DNA of 64,000 nt from Minisyncoccota bacterium (GCA_028711065.1 JAQTSY010000002.1:8263-72262); one strand, 5' to 3'; numbered from the stretch's first letter, positions 49,326 to 60,600 are shown. Translations and numbers: made by a program. Notes: generated from the sequence alone by a model not told the origin.

Positions 49326-49355
49326 TTGACAGTATACCCCCTGGGGGTATATGCT
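49326..49355 (+). promoter_or_regulatory. Sigma70 promoter containing a CsoR-type operator
   Basis: TTGACA (49326) and TATGCT (49350); perfect palindrome TATACCCCC-T-GGGGGTATA at 49333-49351. Confidence 0.88.
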
Positions 49356-49362
49356 TGTGTGT

Positions 49363-49626
49363 ATGACAAATACCAAACAAAAAATGGTTCGACGGCTCAA
49401 GATTATTGAGGGACAAGTGCGGGGGTTACAAGAAATGATCGAGAAAGGAAAATATTGTATCGATATCATCACCCAGACATCTGCGGTGAAGCAGGCGCTT
49501 TCGGGCGTAGAAGATACGCTTATGGAAAATCATTTGAACACGTGCGTAGTGCATCAGATGCAGAAAGGCAAAGAGGGCACTGCGGTCAAAGAAGTTTTGA
49601 AAGTGTATCGACTCAAACGCAAATAA
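49363..49626 (+). CDS. csoR: CsoR copper-sensing repressor
   Basis: [22 protein letters not shown] (Cys-His-Cys fingerprint). Confidence 0.92.
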   Translation: MTNTKQKMVRRLKIIEGQVRGLQEMIEKGKYCIDIITQTSAVKQALSGVEDTLMENHLNTCVVHQMQKGKEGTAVKEVLKVYRLKRK

Positions 49627-49631
49627 AATAT

Positions 49632-51911
49632 ATGAGCACTCAAAAAACATTTCGCGTCCGTGGAATGCACTGCGCCTCATGCGCAGGGATTATTGAAAAG
49701 ACTTTCAAAAAGACTCTGGGCGTGGCTTCTGCCGAAGTAAATTATGGAACTGAAAAGGCTAAAGTCTCATATGACGAATCAAAAATAAGTCCTCATCACC
49801 TTTCAAAAAAGATAGAACCGCTTGGGTATTCTCTTGTCACTGAAGATATGACGGCAGAACAAATGGGGATGTCCGCCGATGAACATGCCGCTCATATAGG
49901 CTTGAGTCAATCAAAGCGGGAAAAACTTGCCGAGATTCGCTCAATTCGAAACAAAGTGGTTTCAGTCATCCCTCTCGCTGTCGTGAGTATCTTGTTTATG
50001 GTGTGGGACATTGTTGGGGGAATGTCTGCATCTGTAGAAACTTTTTTCAAATATTTCCTTCCGATTTCTGCAACCTACACGCTTTTCTATGTTGGAAAGC
50101 CATACCTTCAGGGTTTTGGCCGGTTTCTCCGCTTTGGCCATGCAAACATGGACACGCTTATTGGTATCGGCACTTCGGTCGCCTATGTATATAGTCTCGC
50201 AATTATTTTTATCCCGACCTTCTCACAATTTGTCGGCAATTCCAATACTTTCTTTGATGTCACTATTATCGTCATCACATTTATCGCACTTGGAAAATAT
50301 TTGGAAGCGCGTTCAAAATTAAAAACCGGGGATGCTATCGAGAAACTTTTAAATCTTCAAGCAAAGACGGCTCTTGTGTTGCGGGGTGGGAAAGAAGTCG
50401 AAATTTCCTTTTCCGATGTGAAGCATGGAGATTTGGTAATTGTAAAACCAGCACAGAAAATTCCGGTTGATGGAGAGGTCACGGAAGGGAATTCGTTCAT
50501 TGATGAATCGATGATAATGGGAGAGCCGATTCCGGTAGAAAAAAATATCGGTGATCGGGTCGTGGGGGGAACGATGAACACGACAGGGTATTTTGTATTT
50601 AAAGCCACAAAAGTTGGTGATGAGACAGTACTGGCGCACATTATTAAGGTCGTCGAAGAGGCGCAGGGAAGCAAAGCTCCAATCCAAGCTTTGGCAGATA
50701 AAATCTCGGCTGTTTTTGTGCCGATTGTCCTCGTACTATCTTTTGTAACTCTAGGGCTATGGCTTGTCCTCGGTTCGCACTATCTTGGATTTTCGCAAGC
50801 ACTCTCGGACGGCCTCGTTTCTTTTGTTGGAATTCTGGTCATTGCGTGTCCCTGCGCGCTTGGGCTCGCGACCCCGACCGCGATCATTGTTGGAGTCGGC
50901 AAGGGAGCAAAAGAGGGAATTTTAATTAAAGATGCCGCGTCTCTCGAGAAACTGCATCTTGCAAATGTCGTAGTGGTGGATAAAACAGGTACGATTACCA
51001 AAGGGAAACCGGAACTTATCGATGTAATTTGCGCTCAAAATCAAAACAAAGACGAGGTCATTTCGATTCTCGCATCTTTGGAAAAAAGATCAGAGCATCC
51101 GATTGCTCATGCTATTGTCGCGCATGCAAAAGAGAATAAAATAGATTTCTTAAATGTACAGAATTTTGAGATTGTAAAAGGAAAAGGTCTGAGCGGAGTA
51201 ATAAATGGAAAACAGTATTTTGCCGGGAGTGCAAAATTTGCAGAAAGTTTTGGTCTCGCTTTTGATTACAGGACGATAGAAAACGAAACTCACGAAGGAA
51301 AATCTCCCGTTGTTCTTTTTACCAGAGAGTCTGTACTTGGTGTGGCTTTGGTTGCTGATAAGATAAAAGAAGAAGCTGTTCAGGCAGTCAAAAATCTCCA
51401 GGCGCTTGGTATCAAAGTAGTAATGCTTACCGGAGATAATAAAAACACCGCCCATTTTATCGCGAAAAAGGCCGGAATTACGGACGTGGTATCAGACGCT
51501 TTACCAGAAGAAAAATTGAAAGAAATACAGAGACTTCAGTCAAATGGAAATATTGTGGCTATGGCGGGGGATGGAATTAATGATGCTCCTGCGCTTGCGC
51601 AAGCCGATATCGGAATTGCTATGAGCACCGGGACAGATGTGGCAATCGAAACTGCTGGAATCATTCTTCTTCACGGAGATATTTCAAAATTAATGAAAGC
51701 AATTCGACTCTCGAAACTCACGATGCGAGGCATTAAGCAAAATCTTTTCTGGGCATTCTTTTACAACATTGTCGGCATTCCTTTGGCGGCTGGTGCATTC
51801 TATCCAGTGTTTGGAATCCTTTTGAATCCTGTTTTTGCGGGAATGGCTATGGCCTTGTCGAGTGTGTCTGTGGTTTCAAACTCATTACGAATTAAAGCGA
51901 AAAAATTATAA
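49632..51911 (+). CDS. copA: Cu(I)-exporting P1B-type ATPase
   Basis: [37 protein letters not shown]. Confidence 0.95.
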   Translation: MSTQKTFRVRGMHCASCAGIIEKTFKKTLGVASAEVNYGTEKAKVSYDESKISPHHLSKKIEPLGYSLVTEDMTAEQMGMSADEHAAHIGLSQSKREKLAEIRSIRNKVVSVIPLAVVSILFMVWDIVGGMSASVETFFKYFLPISATYTLFYVGKPYLQGFGRFLRFGHANMDTLIGIGTSVAYVYSLAIIFIPTFSQFVGNSNTFFDVTIIVITFIALGKYLEARSKLKTGDAIEKLLNLQAKTALVLRGGKEVEISFSDVKHGDLVIVKPAQKIPVDGEVTEGNSFIDESMIMGEPIPVEKNIGDRVVGGTMNTTGYFVFKATKVGDETVLAHIIKVVEEAQGSKAPIQALADKISAVFVPIVLVLSFVTLGLWLVLGSHYLGFSQALSDGLVSFVGILVIACPCALGLATPTAIIVGVGKGAKEGILIKDAASLEKLHLANVVVVDKTGTITKGKPELIDVICAQNQNKDEVISILASLEKRSEHPIAHAIVAHAKENKIDFLNVQNFEIVKGKGLSGVINGKQYFAGSAKFAESFGLAFDYRTIENETHEGKSPVVLFTRESVLGVALVADKIKEEAVQAVKNLQALGIKVVMLTGDNKNTAHFIAKKAGITDVVSDALPEEKLKEIQRLQSNGNIVAMAGDGINDAPALAQADIGIAMSTGTDVAIETAGIILLHGDISKLMKAIRLSKLTMRGIKQNLFWAFFYNIVGIPLAAGAFYPVFGILLNPVFAGMAMALSSVSVVSNSLRIKAKKL

Positions 51912-51914
51912 TTT

Positions 51915-52940
51915 ATGAGCGCACAAACATATACTTTTCATGTTCACGGAATGCATTGCCGAGCTTGCGAGCTTATGACGGAAAGTGAGATCGGCGACTT
52001 GCCGAATATTTCGAGTGTGAAATCGAGTTTTAAAAATCACTCGGTAGAAGTTGTGGGGGATTTCGGCGCCAAAACTCCGGAACAAATCGCCGAAGAGCTT
52101 ACCGTGCCCCTGAAACCCCACGGATACACAGTTTCTATCGAAAAACAAAACCATTCCGCAAAATGGGGAGATTTTAAAATTGCTGTGCCGATTGCCCTTG
52201 GGTTTGCCGTTTTATTTGTGCTTCTACAAAAACTTGGCATTGTAAATCTCGTGAATGCTGGAAATGTCACATACGGGACAGCATTCGTGATCGGTATCAT
52301 TGCTTCACTTTCGACGTGTATGGCAGTTGTCGGAGGACTTCTTCTCTCAATGTCGGCGACGTTTGCCAAAGAGGGTGATAAGGTAAAGCCGCAACTTATG
52401 TTCCACGGAGGACGGATTGTTTCATTCTTTATTCTCGGCGGAGCGATTGGTGCGATTGGTTCTGCGTTTACTCTCAACACATCAGCGACATTTATCCTAA
52501 GCCTCATTATTGGCATTGTGATGCTTATTCTCGGTGTGAATCTTCTCGACGTCTTCCACTTTGCAAAAAAGCTCCAGCCCAGTATGCCGAAATTTATTGC
52601 AAAGCATGCTCACGGCGTATCCAAATTCAATCACACACTTACCCCGCTTCTTGTTGGTGTCGCCACATTTTTCTTGCCGTGCGGGTTTACGCAATCAATG
52701 CAACTCTATACTTTGACGACCGGGAGTTTTTTGAAAGGAGGACTCACTATGCTTGCCTTTGCGCTCGGCACACTTCCGGTTCTTGCACTTGTAAGTTTCA
52801 GCTCATTCAGTATGAAAAATAATTCGAAATCTGGAATTTTTTTCAAGAGTGCTGGGCTCGTAGTAATTCTCTTTGCTCTTTTTAATTTAATAAATAGCTT
52901 GGTTGTAGTTGGAATTATTTCACCCGTGTTCAATTTCTGA
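51915..52940 (+). CDS. HMA plus DsbD_2/TauE-like membrane protein
   Basis: GMHCRAC; STCMAVVGG; FLPCGFTQ; FALGTLP. Confidence 0.88.
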   Translation: MSAQTYTFHVHGMHCRACELMTESEIGDLPNISSVKSSFKNHSVEVVGDFGAKTPEQIAEELTVPLKPHGYTVSIEKQNHSAKWGDFKIAVPIALGFAVLFVLLQKLGIVNLVNAGNVTYGTAFVIGIIASLSTCMAVVGGLLLSMSATFAKEGDKVKPQLMFHGGRIVSFFILGGAIGAIGSAFTLNTSATFILSLIIGIVMLILGVNLLDVFHFAKKLQPSMPKFIAKHAHGVSKFNHTLTPLLVGVATFFLPCGFTQSMQLYTLTTGSFLKGGLTMLAFALGTLPVLALVSFSSFSMKNNSKSGIFFKSAGLVVILFALFNLINSLVVVGIISPVFNF

Positions 52941-52953
52941 TAAACTTACAAAC

Positions 52954-53337
52954 ATGAAGGCAACTATTATTTCCATCATAATTTTCGTAGCTCTTATCGG
53001 AGGAGCCTTTCTTCTCACGAGAGGTGTTTCCAATACTCCAGTCGCAAACGCAAACAACGTAACTATAGTTGACGGAAAACAAATTATCGAAATTCATGCG
53101 AAAGGTGGATATCAGCCGAGAAAGAGTATTGCAAAAGCTGGCATTCCCACCATTCTTCGATTTGATACAAGCGGAACATTCGACTGTTCATCTTCTGTCC
53201 GAATCCCGAGTATGAATATCTCGAGACTTCTTCCGCAGACCGGCACAACAGATATTGATATAGGAAATCAGCAAGTGGCAACCCTTCGAGGGACTTGTGG
53301 AATGGGAATGTATCCATTTGAAGTGACATTTAACTAG
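52954..53337 (+). CDS. Membrane-anchored cupredoxin-domain protein (CupA-like)
   Basis: GGYQP, DCSS, TCGMGM. Confidence 0.85.
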   Translation: MKATIISIIIFVALIGGAFLLTRGVSNTPVANANNVTIVDGKQIIEIHAKGGYQPRKSIAKAGIPTILRFDTSGTFDCSSSVRIPSMNISRLLPQTGTTDIDIGNQQVATLRGTCGMGMYPFEVTFN

Positions 53338-53427
53338 AGTGGTTTCCTTTTGCATTTTTCCCGACTTTGCGGTACTCTAGTGCTACGTTATTTAGGCCTC
53401 TGGCCTTTTATTTATTTGTTTAATTTT

Positions 53428-53461
53428 AAGCTACAAGCCACAAGCTAACAGCTACAAGCTA
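53428..53461 (+). repeat. About 7-nt tandem repeat (AAGCTAC)n immediately before fusA
   Basis: aagctac aagccac aagctaac agctac aagcta. Confidence 0.75.
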
Positions 53462-53468
53462 ATTTATC

Positions 53469-55622
53469 ATGGAAAGAGACTATCCACTCGCAAAAGTCCG
53501 TAACTTCGGCATCATCGCGCACATCGACGCCGGGAAGACCACCACATCCGAGCGAATTTTGTATTACACGGGAGAAATTCATAAGATCGGCGAGGTGCAC
53601 GAAGGCGAGACGACGACCGACTGGATGGAACAGGAACGAGAGCGAGGCATTACTATTACCGCCGCTGCGATTACTTGTTTTTGGAACAAGACCGATCTTC
53701 CCGATCGTTCAAAGAAAGAAACAAAATATCGTTTCAATGTAATCGATACCCCTGGGCACATCGACTTTACCGTAGAGGTAAAGCGATCTTTGCGAGTACT
53801 CGACGGAGCTGTGGTGGTATTCGACGGAGTGGCCGGAGTAGAACCGCAATCAGAAACGAACTGGAGATATGCCGACGAGGGAAACGTGCCTCGAATCTGT
53901 TTCATCAACAAGCTCGACCGAACAGGCGGAAGCTTTGAGCGATCATTCCAATCAATCCTCAATCGTTTGAATAAAAACGCTGTCCGAATGCAGCTTCCTA
54001 TCGGAGAAGAAGAAAAATTTGAGGGAGTTATCGACCTTCTCAAAATGAAGGCGTACTACTTCGAAGGGGAAATGGGAGGCACTATTGTTGAAAAAGAAAT
54101 TCCTGCTGAATATCTCGAATCTGCACAGAAATATCGAAATGAACTCGTAGAGAAAATTGTTGAGCGAGATGAGAAGCTTATGAACGAGTACTTTGAAGGA
54201 AAAGTTCCTCCAGTAGACGTGCTTAAGAAACTGCTTCGAGAAGCATGTCTCAAAGTAGAGATCGTTCCTGTATTCACCGGTTCTGCTCTTAAGAACAAGG
54301 GAGTTCAGCTTGTACTCGATGCTGTCGTTGATTATCTTCCTTCGCCTCTCGATATTCCTCCTATCAAAGGAATTGATCCAAATACAGATCAGATTATTGA
54401 ACGACATGCTGATGATTCTGAACCATTTGCTGCACTCGCATTCAAATTGCAAAGCGATCCATTCGTAGGACAGCTTACCTTCTTCCGAGTCTATTCTGGA
54501 ACACTCGAAGCTGGTTCATATATTTACAACGTCACAAGCGGGAAGAAAGAGCGACTCGGACGAATCGTTAGACTTCAGGCTGACAAGCGCGAAGAAGTGA
54601 AGAAAGTATTTGCCGGAGAAATTGCCGCCGCTGTAGGACTCAAAGAAGCGAAAACTTCAGATACTTTCTGTGACGAAAATCATCCGATCATTCTTGAAAG
54701 AATTAAATTCATGGAGCCGGTGATTTCTCTTCGCATTGAACCAAAGACAAAAGCTGACCAGGAGAAAATGGGATTTGCTTTGAAGCGTCTTTCTGATGAA
54801 GATCCTACTTTCAAAGTGGTTGCTGATTCTGAAACAGGGGAAACGGTTATCAAAGGTATGGGAGAGCTTCAGCTTGAAATTATGGTTGACCGAATGAAAC
54901 GAGAATTCGGCGTTGAAGCAAATGTCGGTAAGCCTCAAGTTGCGTACAAAGAAACAATTCAGGGTTCAGCAGAGGCAGAACATAAATACATCAAGCAGTC
55001 TGGAGGTAAGGGACAATACGGACACGTGCGAATTACGATCAAACCGCTCGAACCGCTCGAGCTTGCGGAAGGAAAGAAAATTCCGAAGAACGTACACCGA
55101 GAAGAAGAATTTGAATTCATCGATAATATTAAAGGAGGTGTTATCCCAAACGAATTTATTCCAGCTGTTGAAAAAGGAGTGAAAGAAGCGATGGAGAGAG
55201 GAATTGTTGCCGGATACAAGATGGTGAATGTTTCTTGCGAACTTACCTTCGGATCGTATCACGATGTGGACTCGTCTGAAATTGCCTACAAGATCGCTGC
55301 TTCGCAAGCTTTCCAAGATGCTGCGAAGAGAGCAAAGCCTGTCATTCTCGAACCGATTATGAAAGTGGAAGTGGTTACACCGGATAAATTCATGGGAGAC
55401 ATCACTGGACATCTTTCTTCAAAACGAGCAGTGATCGACGGTATGAGCGAGAGGGGAATGAACAAAGTGATTGATGCAAAAGTTCCACTCGCTGAAATGT
55501 TCAGCTATGTGACGACCCTTCGTTCGATGTCAGAAGGACGAGCAAGCTATACAATGGAATTTGATCACTACGAGGCTGTTCCACCAAACGTTGCGACTAC
55601 GATCATAGAAGCCCGTAAATAA
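53469..55622 (+). CDS. fusA: Elongation factor G
   Basis: AHIDAGKTT, RGITI, DTPGH, NKLD, QSGGKGQYGH. Confidence 0.98.
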   Translation: MERDYPLAKVRNFGIIAHIDAGKTTTSERILYYTGEIHKIGEVHEGETTTDWMEQERERGITITAAAITCFWNKTDLPDRSKKETKYRFNVIDTPGHIDFTVEVKRSLRVLDGAVVVFDGVAGVEPQSETNWRYADEGNVPRICFINKLDRTGGSFERSFQSILNRLNKNAVRMQLPIGEEEKFEGVIDLLKMKAYYFEGEMGGTIVEKEIPAEYLESAQKYRNELVEKIVERDEKLMNEYFEGKVPPVDVLKKLLREACLKVEIVPVFTGSALKNKGVQLVLDAVVDYLPSPLDIPPIKGIDPNTDQIIERHADDSEPFAALAFKLQSDPFVGQLTFFRVYSGTLEAGSYIYNVTSGKKERLGRIVRLQADKREEVKKVFAGEIAAAVGLKEAKTSDTFCDENHPIILERIKFMEPVISLRIEPKTKADQEKMGFALKRLSDEDPTFKVVADSETGETVIKGMGELQLEIMVDRMKREFGVEANVGKPQVAYKETIQGSAEAEHKYIKQSGGKGQYGHVRITIKPLEPLELAEGKKIPKNVHREEEFEFIDNIKGGVIPNEFIPAVEKGVKEAMERGIVAGYKMVNVSCELTFGSYHDVDSSEIAYKIAASQAFQDAAKRAKPVILEPIMKVEVVTPDKFMGDITGHLSSKRAVIDGMSERGMNKVIDAKVPLAEMFSYVTTLRSMSEGRASYTMEFDHYEAVPPNVATTIIEARK

Positions 55623-55643
55623 TTTTCTCTATAACCACGAAGC

Positions 55644-55678
55644 CACGAAAAAAGCCCTCAACTGGGGCTTTTTTCGTG
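55644..55678 (+). terminator. Terminator after fusA
   Basis: CACGAAAAAAGCCC...GGGCTTTTTTCGTG. Confidence 0.8.
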
Positions 55679-55679
55679 C

Positions 55680-55720
55680 TGTGGATAACCTTGACAAATA
55701 GGGTGCTTTGGTGGTATAAT
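55680..55720 (+). promoter_or_regulatory. Perfect DnaA box next to a consensus sigma70 promoter
   Basis: TGTGGATAA (55680-55688), CC, TTGACA (55691), 18 bp, TATAAT (55715) with extended TG. Confidence 0.85.
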
Positions 55721-55788
55721 ACAGGTACGTTAGGGCGTGCGCCCCGACCATTAAACGGAAATAGTTCTTCAAAGAAGGAGTGTGATTC

Positions 55789-56256
55789 ATGTGCAAGATC
55801 ATCACGTTCGCGAGCCCGTTTCTCTTCTTCATTTGCTTACTCACTGGCTGTTGCCGTGAGGAAGTGATGGAAGAGGGACAGTTCCGCGATGTTCCCTTGT
55901 CCTACGCCGGCGTTTCCGGCGAGTACAAGGTCTCGATCTCCTCCGAGCGCGAAGGAGAAAAACAGGTAACCCTCGATCCCATAGAGGGAAAGGGAGACCG
56001 GTTTTGGCGGATCTTCGCCAACATCACCACTTTTCAAGGGAAAACGGAAATCTCTCTCCACGTCTGGACGCCGAGTGACGAATGGAAGTTCGTCCACTAC
56101 AGAGTCTATGATAATGGAAAAGAGAAGTCCGTAAGGAAGCAGGGCGGCCGCTTCTCGAAAGAGGAGCTCAAGAGTGCGAAAGCACTTCTGAAGCAGGCGC
56201 TGGCGGACGTCGAGAACGACGAACACCGGCGGCCAACCCAGGTTTCCGAACCCTGA
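55789..56256 (+). CDS. Putative lipoprotein (SD-led orphan)
   Basis: Hydrophobic leader with lipobox LLTGC; AAGGAG upstream. Confidence 0.65.
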   Translation: MCKIITFASPFLFFICLLTGCCREEVMEEGQFRDVPLSYAGVSGEYKVSISSEREGEKQVTLDPIEGKGDRFWRIFANITTFQGKTEISLHVWTPSDEWKFVHYRVYDNGKEKSVRKQGGRFSKEELKSAKALLKQALADVENDEHRRPTQVSEP

Positions 56257-56375
56257 ACGATTGTCTACAATGATAGACAAAAATGCCACGCTCCCTGAGT
56301 GTGGCCTTTTTGATTCCCAATAATTCTCCACAGCTTGCCTAGAGCCTTTGCACTCTATGCTGTATGATAAAAGCA

Positions 56376-57587
56376 ATGGAACAAAAAGAGAAAAATCTCT
56401 TTGGGGCTTCTCTCAAATGTAAGAGTATAGAATTTTATCTCTGCCTCACTTTACTCGTCTTTGCTTCTTTCTCCATCGTAATCGAAAAAGTCGAAGCTTC
56501 TTTTAGTGATGATCCGAACTTCAAGGTTGAACTTATCACCAATCCAACTGCCACAACGGCCACGGTGCCGCCAGATTATAACGTAACTCTTACTGCTCGT
56601 GTTACTACTCCTCCCGCAGGAATATCGAAATTCATCTATACGATGATCTGCGATTACTATAACCCTGATGCTGGAATAGAAGAGTCGTGGATCCGTGCTG
56701 CTGGCGAGTATGGCGCTCCGATTGTCTATACTCCAGACACAACGTATACGATGTCAAAACCATGTGTATACTCTCATCCGAAAAGTTATGTTGATCCGGC
56801 TACTGGAAAGGCGGTCTATTTTCCCTATACGCCATTTATAAGAGTGGAGGGGAGAAATGAGCAGGGATGGGGCGCCCGAGCTATTGATTATAAGACGATA
56901 GACGTTTTTCCACCTTCGCCAGATGCGATAGGAAACAAAACTGCTACTCTCGTCTTTACGAACAAAGTCCTGCCAAGCAAAGAAGGATTTCCTTCAGTGA
57001 AGCAAGCAAGCGATTTCTCTGTGTTTGTTGATACGACAGAGTACCCGCTTGGAGACAGCGTCTCCATTCCCGTGACTCCCGGGTATCACTTGGTGAGTTT
57101 GGTCGGAGATCCTTATTATGACCAAACATCCTCTCCAGGTTGCAATACAGAATCTGTCTATGCCGGAGATAACGATGTAGCGACCTGCGCATTCACACAG
57201 ACATTCAAAGGCGGTTGGCTTACGGTAACCATAGATGGAGCATCGATAAATGGTTCCTATGACGCATTCACTCCGGTGCTTGCGGGAGGGTCTAATATTC
57301 AGAAATCTTTGAAGATTGGGGAAGCAACATATCTACCTATGGGTGTTTATAAAGTGAAAGAAAACCTCATCAATGCTCATAATCCGAAATTCAGCGGAGA
57401 TTGCAAAAAGCTTGGAGGGGGAGCTCTCTCGAAAATTGCGCAAGTGGTTGTCAATAATGGGACTCATTCCTATTGTCACATTACCAACAGTGGCCAATCG
57501 GCATTTCTAAGCGGACAAAGTTTTGTCGCGAATATATTGGGAGGATTCGGTTCTCTTTTCAACACCATTCAATCGATGTGGAAATAA
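56376..57587 (+). CDS. Secreted protein with PKD-like and prealbumin/CnaB-like domains and an amphipathic C-terminus
   Basis: Signal-like region; TCAFTQT and YCHITNS domain ends; C-terminus FVANILGGFGSLF. Confidence 0.75.
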   Translation: MEQKEKNLFGASLKCKSIEFYLCLTLLVFASFSIVIEKVEASFSDDPNFKVELITNPTATTATVPPDYNVTLTARVTTPPAGISKFIYTMICDYYNPDAGIEESWIRAAGEYGAPIVYTPDTTYTMSKPCVYSHPKSYVDPATGKAVYFPYTPFIRVEGRNEQGWGARAIDYKTIDVFPPSPDAIGNKTATLVFTNKVLPSKEGFPSVKQASDFSVFVDTTEYPLGDSVSIPVTPGYHLVSLVGDPYYDQTSSPGCNTESVYAGDNDVATCAFTQTFKGGWLTVTIDGASINGSYDAFTPVLAGGSNIQKSLKIGEATYLPMGVYKVKENLINAHNPKFSGDCKKLGGGALSKIAQVVVNNGTHSYCHITNSGQSAFLSGQSFVANILGGFGSLFNTIQSMWK

Positions 57588-57604
57588 TCGAGATCTAAAA
57601 GGAT

Positions 57605-60600
57605 ATGCATTCATTTCTTAAATACTTCACGATCACATTTATCACTGCTTTCCTTGTTATTGGTGGCGGAATTCTTCTCACACATTCTCCTCGGCATGTT
57701 GCTGCTGATTTTTCAGGTCCAGCTCCCTCAACTCTTCCAAATACATTAAGTGTAAAACTTGAAACTATTCCCGAACCTCCTCCAGGAGAAACTACGGATG
57801 GAATTCTTGTCCCTCCAGGACTTTCGAATCAAAAATTTAAAGCCAGTGTGTATCTGAGCGATGGCAGTTTGGATACTAACTTTCCTATTACCTATCAATT
57901 TGGATGCGATGACGATACCAGCAAAACAGGAAGTGGTAAGACTGAGTATGAAAATCCCTTTACAGTCGGAGATCCTGGCCCCGATTCTCCAATTTTGTGT
58001 AATTTCACTACGATTCAAAAGTATGATGCGAACGTACCGGGTCTTGGAGGAGCTTCGCGTGCGTACTACTATCCGACCATCTACAATGTTTACGACCACA
58101 GCGGATCGGGTCCGGGACTCGCGAGTAGGACTCTCGTATTGAAGCCCGATAGCGACGATTGGAGTATTTCGCTGACCGGGAGAATTTTTGATAAAGCGCC
58201 TGGGGATTGGTTTTACCTCGGCGCTGTTCAGGGAGATATCACTCCCAAAAAGAATCATGAAGGATTAACGTACACCTATGACTTTGATTGCGCTGCTCCT
58301 CAAGATGGGGGACAAACCACGAAAAGTTTTCCGAATCGTGCAGCAACCTCGCTTAGCACTACCTGTCGTTTTCCCGATATCCCCGATACCACTTACCACC
58401 TCGGACTTACAGTGACGGATAGCAAGGGAGATTACAAGACTACAACGTATGATGTGAAAACTCCATCGGTAACGCCCACACCGACTCCGCCTGGTCCTAC
58501 CCCAACTCCGACAGCAACCCCGACCCCAACTCCAACACCTACGCCTGGAGGATGCAGTGTTTCTCTCACCTCCGATCAAGACACATACTTTATTCATCCG
58601 CCTTCGGAAGTTCAGGCAACATATACAGCGACAATTCACAACCCGCCTCCAGGCGCAACAAGATTCGAGTATACTTTCATCTCTTATCAGCGTACGAATG
58701 TGGATACATTGGGTCCGGTTGATGGAGGAGATTCATATGTACAAACTAGATGGTATAACAGCACCAAAGATAAAAAAGGCAATGCAGCTAATTCAGCTAC
58801 AGTAAGCGTGCACGCGAAAGTGAAAGGAGGACAGTCGTGCGGTGAAGCTGATAAAGCGGTGAGGATCGAAGAAAACCCGAGCTCTATGAGCGTAGTTCTC
58901 AAAATCAAGCCGCAAAAGGTGGCAAAGTTGCCGGATAAAAAGGACAAGTCGACAGCGGCAAAAGCTGATAAGCCGGATGCTCGCTCAAAAGTGGAAGAGA
59001 CGGCTACTATCACCATAGCGAAAGGTGCAGCCAATAAGCCTCAAGGACCTTATAAATACACACTGACGGGTGGGGGAGATTGTACCCCGGCGACGACCGT
59101 TTCGAATACGCAACTGACCCAGCTTTTTAATTGTTATTACAAAGACGGTACACCTTCCGGAAAGGAATATACGAAAAAAATTCATGTTGAAGATTCGAGC
59201 TACCCTCCGCAGACTGCAGAAAATACTGCGAAATTAAAAGTGGTAGATCCGGCGCCTGTGCCTCTTGGCGAGATAGATGTTGTGGTGAAAGTCGCTCCGC
59301 CTGCAAAAGGAGTCAAAGAAACCCTAAAGGCGAAAGATGTGACTTTGAAGGTGGGGAGTACGTCTGCTAAAGATGGAAGCAAGATCAAATTCTTGCCTCT
59401 CACTACCTATCCTGTTGTGGTAGACCCTCAGCCAAACCACACGGCAGATATGAGCGGATGTGGCGAAGGTTCAATCACACTTACTCCAAGTGCTCCGAAG
59501 CAGACGTGTACTGTCACTGAAGTGTCTTCTCCCAATCCAACCCCAACGCCCACACCCACCCCGACCCCTACGCCTACTCCTCCAATACCAACCCCTACTC
59601 CGACTCCGACACCTACACCAACGCCGAGTCCGACTCCAACCCCTCCAGCGAGTTGTGACAGGAATCCTATTTTCTCCGACAACCCTTGTGAAAATAGGTT
59701 TGGATCGGATTCTGTGACGACGAGCAAAGATCTCGGGCGTTCAAATGTGTCCGAAAATTCCGTAAAGAGAAACACTATCCCAAACCTAACGAACTATTGT
59801 CAGAATGTTCCGACTAATCAGTGTGCTGTCCACAATCCTTGTGATCTGAAAAGATTTTGGTGCTATACAAAATTAGTTGGCACAAACACCTATGATCGGA
59901 CTAGTTCGAGTGATTCGGATTATGGCTACAAGGCTTGTTCCTGCGGTTTTTCAGGTTCTGGACTTCCAACACCCACCCCAACCCCAACGCCAACTGACAT
60001 TCCTCCCGTTACCCCAACTCCCACACCAACACCAACCCCCACTCCTATTCATACGCCGACTCCAACAGTAACTCCTACGCCAACGCCTACTCCAACACCT
60101 ACTCCAGGTAAACCGGCAGGACAAAATATAAGACTCAATGTGCTTTCAATTCCTGGGAAGGCTGGTGTGACTTCAAAAGTTGCGGTTATTGCACGAGTGG
60201 GTAAAGTAAGCTTTAGCCTTGGGAATATGAATACTTTTCAGCCGATAGAGGCGGGAAAGTACGATATTGTAGAGCGCAGTGAGAAAGGCTACACGGCGGT
60301 AGTATCTGGCGATTCCGCATGTGAGACAAAAAATGCTAATGGAAGTGATACGCCAACGACATTCACGAACAATGGGACTATGACTGTTGTGGGGAGCGTG
60401 ACTATAAATTCCGGAGAGAATATTTCTTGCATCATCACTAATACCGCTGTATCAAATGTGCCGAAAACTCAAAATATTAAACTTGATGTAAAAGTAGTCG
60501 GAGGAGAATCAGCAGTGAGAGATTTCCTGATTGCTCGAGCAGGTACAGTAAGTTTTAATCTGGCGAATCTCAATACTTTCCGTCCTATTAAGGCGGGGAC

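Noticed and set aside
48185-53468. Copper cassette as an integrative element or transposon
   Set aside because: No integrase, transposase, flanking direct repeats or terminal inverted repeats were seen.
4145-55412. Numerous antisense ORFs over rny, hppA, pilB, recJ, copA and fusA
   Set aside because: They are fully overlapped by well-identified genes and carry no recognisable motifs.
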